Shown: positions 44,801 through 55,593 of the stretch, piece by piece
Position numbering within the stretch: the first letter of the stretch is position 1
How the letters are laid out: each line of letters opens with the position of its first letter
Assembly (NCBI GenBank): GCA_000165345.1
Contig: CM000434.1
Coordinates: 1,088,001 to 1,152,000, forward strand
Direction of reading: 5' to 3'
DNA: 64,000 nucleotides
The notes under the pieces: generated by a model
Databases searched by the model: none
Told to the model about the DNA's origin: nothing
What the model saw: the letters and a program-made list of their open reading frames with translations, nothing else
Program-made: the position numbers and the translations under genes

Positions 44801-44932
44801 AGGTACAATATCCCATCTTTTCTTACGTCTTTGAGGTCTTGTTGGAGCCTTTTCCTGTTCTAAAATGACGAGCCCCTCTCCTCGTCCATCCTCCATTGCT
44901 GTCCAATCCAATTTACCTACCTCATCTGACAT
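41837..44932 (-). CDS. SF3B1: splicing factor 3B subunit 1 (SF3B1/SF3b155) with a short N-terminal region
   Basis: First ATG at 44932 ([16 protein letters not shown]...); the ORF-track start at 44959 is a non-ATG codon. The HEAT region ...[63 protein letters not shown]... is near-identical in pattern to human SF3B1 (...[51 protein letters not shown]...). N-terminal RWD-containing motifs (KKRWDIV, KSRWDNG) resemble ULMs. Confidence 0.8.
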   Translation of the reverse strand: [1031 protein letters not shown]

Positions 44933-45090
44933 TCTCAAAAATCCTAATAACCCCACCAAAAAAGCTCAACAAGAGCAAAAAATAAGTGTGTTAAGAACTT
45001 TCTTATTTCTTAATCCACTTCTCTTTAATTTTGGGAAAATAACCTACAGGGATTTTCTTACTATATTAATATTAATCAATTCTGTTTGTT

Positions 45091-45304
45091 TTTGGCGGGC
45101 TATACTCCAAGTCAAAGAGCCTGAATTAATAAGGGCAAAGGTTGAGGGGAGAGAAAGAGTTAAAGAAAGTCCAAAGAGAGAAGTTATGACTTCATTTCTC
45201 ATTACCAGTTAGAATTTTTCAGTGTAATCCAAACTAATTTCATGCAATATGATAGTTCTATACTTAAAGAAGTAAGGAAGGAAGAGAAAACTTTTGGCGG
45301 GAAA
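45091..45304. promoter_or_regulatory. two E2F-like motifs (tttggcgggc at 45091-45100; cttttggcgggaaaag at 45291-45306) upstream of SF3B1
   Basis: They lie within 160-370 bp upstream of the minus-strand ATG at 44932. Confidence 0.4.
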
Positions 45305-45844
45305 AGTATAAAGGACAGAATTTATGAATTCAAGTATATATAGTTTTATTTAGCTTTCATCAAATTCGCACTAGTAACATAATAAATTGAGGAAAAACTG
45401 TTAGTTTAGAATATGAACATGAATAAGTTTGTTTTAGCTTAGAATTAGTATGAATACCCAATCTTGTGACTTTGTTAGAGAAGTCTGATAATAGACCGAT
45501 TTCAATGAGCAAGAACCAGAATTCAAGTTGGTCTCAAAGTAGTGATATTCCACAAGGAATACAAGTGAAAATAAATTTTTCCCTTCAAATATAAGGAGTT
45601 TGGTTACTAATATGCCCAATAATTCAGCAGAACCATTGCAGAGGAAGTATCCATCCAAGATGGAAAAATTGTTTGACTAAACGATTTAGAAATGCGAATG
45701 ACTAGCTTATAAATATATTAGTAATTAGGAAAGGTCACAAAAAAGAAAATTAGTTAAATTTTGTAACAAAAAAATGTTCATTTTTTTCAGAAGTTAATAA
45801 TTTAAACTTAAACACCTACATGCTATTTTAACAAATTCCCCACA

Positions 45845-45870
45845 CGGCGCCACCCCTCCGGCGCCACCCC
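45845..45870. repeat. short GC-rich direct repeat cggcgccaccc(c) x2 in the SF3B1/beta-tubulin divergent intergenic region
   Basis: cggcgccacccctccggcgccacccc. It contains two GGCGCC cores. Confidence 0.6.
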
Positions 45871-46598
45871 ACGCATATTCAAGTAACTTCGGGAAGCACC
45901 TCAAGAAATGAAACGGTGGGAGAAACGAATGTAGGAAAACAAGAGGGAGATCTATGAGTTGATAAGTAAATGCTTCAAAAGAATGTACGTGAAGTAGTAA
46001 TATTCATATTTGAACATTTATGCTTTTTTTTTTTTTAGATGAACTAGTAATTTAGGAGTTTAGCGCGAATAAATAGGAACATCATATATTGAGAATAGTA
46101 GAATCCAGGTAGAATGGGAGAAAAAAGAGAAAGAAGTGCAAAGAAAATGTATTTTAATAGCTGTTTTAGTTTAGAGGAAAAAAAAAAAGAAAATTAATGG
46201 AAAAAACATTAATAATAAGCTTGGATAAAATCTACATAGTCCCAATCCCCCCTGACCCGCTTCTATAGTAATCCATATGGAAGCCTGATTTCTGCTTGAT
46301 TTCATACGTAATTTTTACTTAAAAAGTGGGGTCCGTCATTGAATAGTATAATTTCAAGTGTTTTTCTTTGTGTGGAATAATTGGAGGTATAATTCTATTA
46401 ATTATAAGGAATATCTCAAAATAGAATTCGTTAAGATCTCGCAACTTGTGGTAAGTAAATGATCAAAATCCCCAAGAAAAGGTTGGGTAATCTTCTGGCT
46501 ATTGGGGAACTTGAATTATAGATTATAATAAGTTGTTGATTACTATAATTTGTAGGATATTCATATTAATTGATTCCTAATTACCATTAATAAGATAA

Positions 46599-48024
<1,426 letters not shown>

Positions 48025-48512
48025 ACTTCTTGGACATAAATCAAACCATTGGGAAGCTATCCTCATGGGGTGGCTATAGTCGATTTCATCATTTTTCCCA
48101 TAGATCTGCTATCGGGAGAATATTTCAGATTCTGCTACCCTATTATAATACGCGTTTAGCTTGCAGGGCATCATAATTTAGAACTTTTGTAGAATTCCGG
48201 AATTTCTCACAATCCAGGCATCATTTAGCACAAACATTTCAAACCTTCCAACAATAAGCTCATTCTTTAATTTATTTTTTCCCCCTAAACAATTCTTTAA
48301 TCATTTTACACGTATGTGCGCTATCCACATTATGCATGCAATTCTGCAATACTGCCAGCATACCGGTATTCATGCAGTACTTGCGTGTGTGTGGGGAGGT
48401 TTTATCAAGAAATTTCTTGTGGACAAATTATGATAAGTGAAAAGGAGATTAAAAGTTAATAATTAATAAAAGTTCAATTAAATAAAACAAAAACTAGTTG
48501 ATTAATGTTAAG

Positions 48513-49541
48513 CTATAGAATAACATCGTAGATAGAGTTTTCTTGTTTTTCTGATTCATCATCCTCGGAATTGCCTTTTTCAATGTTTGTAGATTTGCAC
48601 AAATTTTTTGTTTGGCAGCTTTTAATTGACTCTAGAATTTTCTCAACTCTATAATAATCTTTTTGAATCTTCAATACTTCTTCTGATGGAACATTGTGAC
48701 TTGTGCTATCAATATGGCTAAAAAAACCTTCAGTTTCATTATTTACCTGTAAATCTGATCTGGATTTCTTTTCTATGTCCAAGTTCGACACGAATTCCTC
48801 CACTTCCTCTGCATTTCTCTTCTTACTATTCTCCATACTTGTTGGATTTGGGTCATCATATGCCCATCTCACGGTAATTGGATCTGTCTGCCCTTTGAAA
48901 ATTATCTGATTTTCCATGGCTGCTTTGGCAAACTCCGCTGATGATCTTAAGAAGTATCGAACAAATGCAATATTCTTACTTGGAATCACTCTTATGTAGT
49001 CCACTGGGCCCCAAACTGAAAACTCCTTTTTAATGACCTTGTTTACTCCCTCCAAGTAATTACTTTTTGACCTATTAATATAAAGGTCTCCAACAAATAT
49101 TGTTCTACATTCCTTGTTAAAAGAACCTGTCCCAGTCATATCATCTTTGTGTTGAGCATGCCTTTCTCTCCCAAATACATCATACATTGGAGAAACTAAT
49201 CTATCATCCTCCTCTGTTGGAATTCTATGAAAGTATTTGCATTTTGAACCATTCACACAAGCTCCTTTTGCGAAATAAAGACAAAAATAACTCTTAGTGT
49301 TTGGATCCTGGTCTGCTTTTGTCCATCCAGAGTCTTTATCAGGGATACATTTTGTCTTTGAAGCCACTTTCCCCCTCTTATCATAGTCAAATTGGTACTT
49401 TCCATACCATATATTATATAGTTCTCCTCCTTCCTTATATGCCAAGTTGCTCTGGAGAGAACCATCACTCTGAGCTCTAGCTGGCCTCTTCAGTTCTTCA
49501 ACTGTTGGCTTCCTTTTAAATTCGACTGGAACTTTGTCCAT
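48513..49541 (-). CDS. CWC2: pre-mRNA splicing factor CWC2-like (CCCH zinc finger plus RRM)
   Basis: ATG at 49541. GGELYNIWYGKYQFDYDKRGK...YFCLYFAKGACVNGSKCKYFHRIPTEEDD...CRTIFVGDL...NIAFVRYFLRSSAEFAKAAMENQ parallels yeast Cwc2 (FNIWYNKW...[29 protein letters not shown]...TLYVGGI...CGFVKFKYQANAEFAKEAMSNQ). Confidence 0.65.
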   Translation of the reverse strand: MDKVPVEFKRKPTVEELKRPARAQSDGSLQSNLAYKEGGELYNIWYGKYQFDYDKRGKVASKTKCIPDKDSGWTKADQDPNTKSYFCLYFAKGACVNGSKCKYFHRIPTEEDDRLVSPMYDVFGRERHAQHKDDMTGTGSFNKECRTIFVGDLYINRSKSNYLEGVNKVIKKEFSVWGPVDYIRVIPSKNIAFVRYFLRSSAEFAKAAMENQIIFKGQTDPITVRWAYDDPNPTSMENSKKRNAEEVEEFVSNLDIEKKSRSDLQVNNETEGFFSHIDSTSHNVPSEEVLKIQKDYYRVEKILESIKSCQTKNLCKSTNIEKGNSEDDESEKQENSIYDVIL

Positions 49542-49736
49542 TCTCTCAGAACCTCATATTTATGTGACTTTCTCTATTTCTTTCTTCTTAATTATTAATA
49601 TTATCATCCTTATTTTGGCGCCATATTCTAAATAATTATTAATATAAAGTTAAGCACAAATAAGAAAGAAAAAAAAGTTGAAAAAATTTTCCTGAAATTG
49701 AATATTCAGGAAATTCAAGATCACTTGGTTAATAAC

Positions 49737-50957
49737 ATGGAAATGGATATTTCGTCTTCCAACTTTGAGAATGATAATCAAACAAATACTGAGCTTTTTG
49801 AAAGTAAAGGCTTAATGCCTTCACAATATTATGTGGATTTATTCTATAGTCAGTTAGCTTATTCATATTATGGATCTCTTCACTTTCATTGGAGGGAAAA
49901 CTTTTGTAGAATTATAAAAGAGAAAGGTCTTTCAGGTTTGGGTGAAAAATCACTCAATATAGATTTTATTGATCCACTTTCTCACTTGGCAGATAAGGGA
50001 ATTACTAATTTGTTGAATAATCACTCAGATTTTAGTCAGGATTTAGGTCCTCAGATGCAATTGACTGGCTCTGTATACTACAGAGGTGATTCAGATCAGG
50101 TTCTATTGGCTCAGGCTTATGATAGTTCCATCAGGAATCCTAATGAGTGCGAAGTAACTACAGAGTTTGCCCTAATTGCTGAATATGAAAGCCAAAATAA
50201 GGCATTCTCTTATCCAGGAGAGAAGAAATACTCTATTAATCCTTGGGAAAGGTATCATATTTCAATTTTGATGAAAGCAATATTTGTATTCATGTTCTTT
50301 GATGTTTCTAGGGAATTCTACATTGTTTTGATTTCTCTCTACTTCTTGTACATAAGAGGTTTATTTGATGGACTTCAAGATCTATTTGAAAGGATTTCTT
50401 CCAGTCAACCAATGGATACTACTCTTGCTGAACTAAGAAGGAGAAGGGCTGAGATTGAACTTGAAGCTCAGTTAATTCAAGAAAGAGAACAAGAGTTACT
50501 TATCAATTCTGAACTTGAACAAGTTAAGGAACAAACAGAGGACAGAGCTGTGGATCAAGAAAACTCAGATTTGCCCAAGTCTCAAATAAATTCTTCAAAT
50601 GGGGTATCTGAGGACGAGCCCTCACAAGAGGTTCCACAAAATGAAGATTTTGATGATGGTTCTTCCGTGATATCTACCCATGAAGAAGCTCACTTTTTGG
50701 ACCCATTGGGCGTATTAGGGCCTAATGAAATTCTTGGTGCTTCACAGACTGAAGAACTACAACATTCTAGTGATAATTTGAGGAGAGAGAATACCACAGC
50801 AGCCCAAGAAAACACTCAAGAACATTCAGAAGATTCACAAAGTAACAACCGAGCTAAGACCGTTAACTACTTGACATGCGCCATTTACCAAACAATAGGA
50901 ATGTACATTTTCACACTCATGCCCTGGTGGAATCCAGATCCCACATATCTAGTCTAA
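49737..50957 (+). CDS. hypothetical membrane protein with a coiled-coil/acidic C-terminal half
   Basis: ORF 49698..50957 starts on TTG; the first ATG is at 49737 (MEMDISSSNFEN...). One strongly hydrophobic hairpin (ISILMKAIFVFMFFDVSREFYIVLISLYFLYIRGLF) and a second hydrophobic C-terminus (YIFTLMPWW). No domain recognised. Confidence 0.45.
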   Translation: MEMDISSSNFENDNQTNTELFESKGLMPSQYYVDLFYSQLAYSYYGSLHFHWRENFCRIIKEKGLSGLGEKSLNIDFIDPLSHLADKGITNLLNNHSDFSQDLGPQMQLTGSVYYRGDSDQVLLAQAYDSSIRNPNECEVTTEFALIAEYESQNKAFSYPGEKKYSINPWERYHISILMKAIFVFMFFDVSREFYIVLISLYFLYIRGLFDGLQDLFERISSSQPMDTTLAELRRRRAEIELEAQLIQEREQELLINSELEQVKEQTEDRAVDQENSDLPKSQINSSNGVSEDEPSQEVPQNEDFDDGSSVISTHEEAHFLDPLGVLGPNEILGASQTEELQHSSDNLRRENTTAAQENTQEHSEDSQSNNRAKTVNYLTCAIYQTIGMYIFTLMPWWNPDPTYLV

Positions 50958-51745
50958 GGGACACCTCTTAATATTGCTACACTATTAGATATGAATAAAG
51001 TTATACTAATTGTTTTCTATGAATATATGCATATATGCAATTGTTAGACTAAGTAAAATGACTACTTTTTATTATTTCCTACTTTGCAGTTACCACCTTT
51101 TCAGTAATTTCTAATTTGTATTCATTTCCTCTTTTGGCCTTTCTGCATTTCTTATCCTCTTAAAGAACTCAGTCTAAATGAGTTGGTTAAAATTTCAATT
51201 TTGGCGCCATATGGGAGTATCAAAAAAGCTTACCTCTAGTTCCTTGCTTGTAATACCTGAACAGACCACAGTTCCTTCATCAATCTGGTACTGTATGAAT
51301 GGCTTTGACATATTCATCTGTTTTATAACTTCAAGAGATACTGGGTCACTTTGAAAGTTAGATTAGAAATCAAAAAGTTGAGTAAGTTCTCGGATCCTGT
51401 GGCTTGCAACGAAGAGGCTTTCCTAGAAGTTACACTAAATCCCCCCGCCATATTTTAGCCACTAAATCCATCCCCTTAGAAACTCTTTTTTACTCAATAT
51501 GAAAACATACCTCTGAACAAATAATCCTCTTTGACAATTTACCATTAAATCAAACAAAAATTCAAAACTAATATTATTATCTTTGAAGAAACGAAAAAAA
51601 AAAGTTAGACTTAATATATTATTAATATGAAAATAATTACGGGTTTGGCGCCAATATAACCTGAAAATACATGCATTAAATGACGTGGCAATGGAAGAAT
51701 AAAATTCAAACTTGCGTATATTAGCAGGCTATTGACAAGGACATT

Positions 51746-54700
51746 TCAAGAGAATGAGCCCTCTTTAAAAATATGTTGAAAATCATTAGAAGCATGGGAA
51801 CTTTTGGTAGAAGGAATGCGATGGCTTTTTTCAACATTATGATGATTATCCAAGTTGAATCTAACCAGACTTTGGTTATTTTTGAGATGATTTGAGCTTT
51901 CAGAATTGTGTTTAGAGAGATTAACTTCACGAGTGGATTTTTTTTCTTGATCAGACATGCTAGTATGTTCTTGAATATCAGAATGGGTTGCATGTGTACC
52001 ATTCGTTTTTTTTACTTTAGAATTTTCAAGATGGCTATCTTTGTAATTATGATTTTTAGTTTCAGATTCTAGTTTTTGGTTTTGAATAGATGTATCAGTG
52101 AACCTATCACTATCTTCAAATTTTATTGAGGATCTATGTCTGGATCCAGGGAGAATACTCGAAGGTTTTGATGATCTGGAACCTTTCGAGGATTTTGGAG
52201 AACGTGTTATCCTTCTATGCCTAACAATGATACCATCTAGGATTTGCCTCCAATACTTGAGTGGTTTCTTTTTTGTATGGTTATGAATAGAGTCCAGCCA
52301 AATGAGTTCACTATCTTTTGTTGGACAAATAAATGTAATTGTAGCTGCATTAGAATAACTTGAATTGTTATTTTTGTCATTAGTGGCGGTGTTAGAGGGA
52401 AGAGAACGACCGTGATCCCTGTATTCAAAACCAAAGTTGTTTGAATTTGATGAGTTATCGTTACTTGTTGGGGATTCTTTTAAGTTGGATGAAATAATGG
52501 AGAATCTAGAGGATACATCGTTAGGATGAGTAGAATCACTCAATTGAATATTATCTGTAAAGCATTTTTCATGTATAGAATATTCATCCAAAAGTAAATC
52601 ATGTGAAAGGTTTTTTTCAAAGATTTCAGCAGAAGTGATATATAGATTGCTCTTGGTTAAAACAACGACTTGTAAGGGATTTGCATTTAATGATGATCCA
52701 ATAACATATAATTTTTCAATTTGAATAACTGGTTCCTTTCCTACTTTAAGGATTGATGGTATCATAAGCTTTTCGAGAGATTTAGTTTTCTTTGCAGAGA
52801 GTTTTCTATCCAGCCTGATTGACATAACATCTGGTAAATCAATTTCTTGTTCTTCATAATACTCTCCTTCATCATCCTCATAAACAATTGTTTGAGTGAG
52901 TTCATGATGATCAGGTTGAGTAGAAATAAGGAGTTTCTCTCTAGTATTATTTGGTACATTTGGCACAACATCAATAAATGCTCGTTCATCATTACTTCCT
53001 GTTGGATTCTTGGTCAATTTAGAGTTGGACATTTTAAAACTATTTCTCTTATTAAGTGATTTGACGCATAATCTAGCGGTTCCAATCTTTTGTATGCAAG
53101 ATTTGACATCTGAATCCTCACCTTTAAGCATTGAAATCCATTTTTCAGCATTGTTAAAATCTATACATGAAAATACCCAAGAATCAATAGTATTTCCTTT
53201 AATTACATTACTAATTTCAAATCCATCTTCAATAGGTTTCCAAGAGTTAGCTGCTGCACCCAGGAATTTGGAAGTCTCAGGTGTAATAGAATTGGAGTGT
53301 ATTGATTGGATTCTGATATTTGATTGACGTATATCTGCAACAAATAACGAATTCCTGGGTTTTTCTATTTTCCCAAGGATAATTGGGATATCAATTCTCT
53401 CTAATCCTGGGGATATAGTAGGTAATGTATATCCAATTTCTCCTTTAACAGAATGAGCTTTATCAATAATATTAGAATTTTCTCTTATAGAAGAATCTTT
53501 GGAATTTTGATCTCCAGTATTACTTGCATCATAAATTACAATAAATGGAAAGCAGTACTTGATGTTAATTTGAGTTAGTTCATAGTCCATCTTAAACACT
53601 TCACTTCCATCCTCTTTTTTAGTATATATACATGCACCCATAAGTGTACCAGTAAAATGTACTTGAGATTCATAGAATTCTTCTGTCTTTAACTTTTCTT
53701 CTTTTGTTCTTCCTATAGCTTCAAGTTTCTTATCTCTACCAATTGTCATAATTTCGATATCTTTTTCAACAATTTCATCAACTTTGATATCTCCATCAGA
53801 AAGTGCTCTCATCAAACCAAAATCATCAAAAATGGACTTTTTGGCTTTATTGGCAGAATTATTAATTTCATTCATCATTTTAAAAGCTGGTAGATTTTTA
53901 TTTATTGTAACATTTTGTTTCTTTGATTGATTATTCTTCCAATCACGTAGTCCCAGCCATTCTTGCAATTTGGGGCCAGTTTGAGCTGCTTTTGATTTTG
54001 CCTTGCTTTTTGTTGGATCAAGCTTGAGTGAACTTTTTGGAGCAATTAAAGGATTTTGAATATTCTTCAGCTTCTCATGCTGAATCATTTTTAGTTTGCT
54101 TGTAAATATTTTATGAACTTTGGCTCTAGCAGCTCGATCACCTTGTTTGCCTTGTGAATAAACTTGAACATTAATTGGTCCAATGTCCTCAACAACAGAA
54201 ATATCTCCTGAGGCAATTTTTGTAATTGCATCAGATAATTTCATTGCATGATCTATATGCTCCTGAGTATATTTATTTGTATCATTTAACACATCATCAA
54301 TGACATCCGGAAATAAATTCCAATATGGAACACTCAAATGTTGAAGTTCCGGAACCAATACTCTATATGAAGAATCTAAAGTTCCCTTAACAACATTACT
54401 AATCTTTACATATCTATTAAGGGAATGGCTTGGAGAGTCTTTGGCTAGCTGAAGTATAATACTAACCTCACCACAAACACTTACGAGTAATTCTTTAAGA
54501 TCAACACAACTATTGCATATATCTTTCCCTCCACGATCAAGTTTGCTCGCTAATAGGTTAAGTTCTGTGAATAGAAGCTGTTCTTCTGATGTTATTGCCC
54601 TTGTTAAGGATTTTTGGGTATCTTCAACATTTAATAGGTTATTTTCAAAGATAGTTTTGCGCTGCTCTGCTAAGGCCGAAATCTCCGAAATCTTTTGCGA

Positions 54701-55222
54701 CATATAAAACGAAGCTGCATTAAGAGATGAGAGAGATTGCAGAAGAATTTGTCTTCCCCTTGGAATAGCTTCAGCCAATGTTAATAACAGATGAGACCCA
54801 TGCCCGTCTATAATTATACATGTTTCACAAATTAACATATAATTACAGCTTGTACAGCAATAAGTCAATTCTTTATTTTTATGTCTTTTACATTGATTCT
54901 TTTGCTTTTCCTGAAGGCTCTTTGCTGTATCTGTTCTAGATATTGACAAATGTTGTACTGATATAATGTCATGGTAACTACCCGCAGAAACATGATTCAT
55001 ATGAGCACATGATGCACAGTAGAAGCACATACATGTGCTACAGTAGAGAGTGCTTTTAGAAATCCAACAGTGCATACATATTCTATCATCCATATTGATC
55101 TTGGATTCTTCACTAGAACTGAACTGTTCAAATAGCTTCCCTATGCTATTATTTATATTCATTGCTCTCGGATCCCGCGTGCTTGCGTTATCCTTATTTG
55201 CTGAATTTTTGTTTTCGAGCAT
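51746..55222 (-). CDS. large hypothetical protein with two N-terminal B-box-type zinc fingers plus coiled-coil, and an S/N-rich C-terminal low-complexity tail
   Basis: ATG at 55222 (MLENKNSANKDNA...). B-box-like Cys/His arrays: CMHCWISKSTLYCSTCMCFYCASCAHMNHVSAGSYH and CKRHKNKELTYCCTSCNYMLICETCIIIDGHGSH. A long helical/coiled region follows (LTRAITSEEQLLFTELNLLASKLDRGG...). The last roughly 300 aa are S/N/K-rich. Confidence 0.55.
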   Translation of the reverse strand: MLENKNSANKDNASTRDPRAMNINNSIGKLFEQFSSSEESKINMDDRICMHCWISKSTLYCSTCMCFYCASCAHMNHVSAGSYHDIISVQHLSISRTDTAKSLQEKQKNQCKRHKNKELTYCCTSCNYMLICETCIIIDGHGSHLLLTLAEAIPRGRQILLQSLSSLNAASFYMSQKISEISALAEQRKTIFENNLLNVEDTQKSLTRAITSEEQLLFTELNLLASKLDRGGKDICNSCVDLKELLVSVCGEVSIILQLAKDSPSHSLNRYVKISNVVKGTLDSSYRVLVPELQHLSVPYWNLFPDVIDDVLNDTNKYTQEHIDHAMKLSDAITKIASGDISVVEDIGPINVQVYSQGKQGDRAARAKVHKIFTSKLKMIQHEKLKNIQNPLIAPKSSLKLDPTKSKAKSKAAQTGPKLQEWLGLRDWKNNQSKKQNVTINKNLPAFKMMNEINNSANKAKKSIFDDFGLMRALSDGDIKVDEIVEKDIEIMTIGRDKKLEAIGRTKEEKLKTEEFYESQVHFTGTLMGACIYTKKEDGSEVFKMDYELTQINIKYCFPFIVIYDASNTGDQNSKDSSIRENSNIIDKAHSVKGEIGYTLPTISPGLERIDIPIILGKIEKPRNSLFVADIRQSNIRIQSIHSNSITPETSKFLGAAANSWKPIEDGFEISNVIKGNTIDSWVFSCIDFNNAEKWISMLKGEDSDVKSCIQKIGTARLCVKSLNKRNSFKMSNSKLTKNPTGSNDERAFIDVVPNVPNNTREKLLISTQPDHHELTQTIVYEDDEGEYYEEQEIDLPDVMSIRLDRKLSAKKTKSLEKLMIPSILKVGKEPVIQIEKLYVIGSSLNANPLQVVVLTKSNLYITSAEIFEKNLSHDLLLDEYSIHEKCFTDNIQLSDSTHPNDVSSRFSIISSNLKESPTSNDNSSNSNNFGFEYRDHGRSLPSNTATNDKNNNSSYSNAATITFICPTKDSELIWLDSIHNHTKKKPLKYWRQILDGIIVRHRRITRSPKSSKGSRSSKPSSILPGSRHRSSIKFEDSDRFTDTSIQNQKLESETKNHNYKDSHLENSKVKKTNGTHATHSDIQEHTSMSDQEKKSTREVNLSKHNSESSNHLKNNQSLVRFNLDNHHNVEKSHRIPSTKSSHASNDFQHIFKEGSFS

Positions 55223-55593
55223 TTTTACTCCCTTCTTGACTTTTCTAGTTGAATTTATTACCTGATTACCGTGGGATTAAGCTTGATCTTTACTTTTAAT
55301 ATTTAAAAGTTGTTTTTTTCTCGTTTCAAACTTATTAATTGTTAATCACCAACTGAGTTTCTGGTAAATTAGTATTTAAGTCAAATTGTAGTTTTTTAAA
55401 AAAATTCTCATCCAACTTTTAATTCACAAGTTTATTACCTTTTATGTATGACTATTAACATTTAAAATTCTTTCGTCCCAGTTTCTTTGACTAGTTATTA
55501 CTTGGCTCTTACATTACATGCGTTATGTCTACCAAGACTTGACATTTAGTCTTTTGACCAGAAATGTTATGAAAATATAAATAGTAAAAATGT

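Noticed and set aside
44865-45212. Plus-strand 115-aa ORF overlapping the SF3B1 start region
   Set aside because: It overlaps the SF3B1 5' end and its promoter motifs. There is no conserved features and it is probably spurious.
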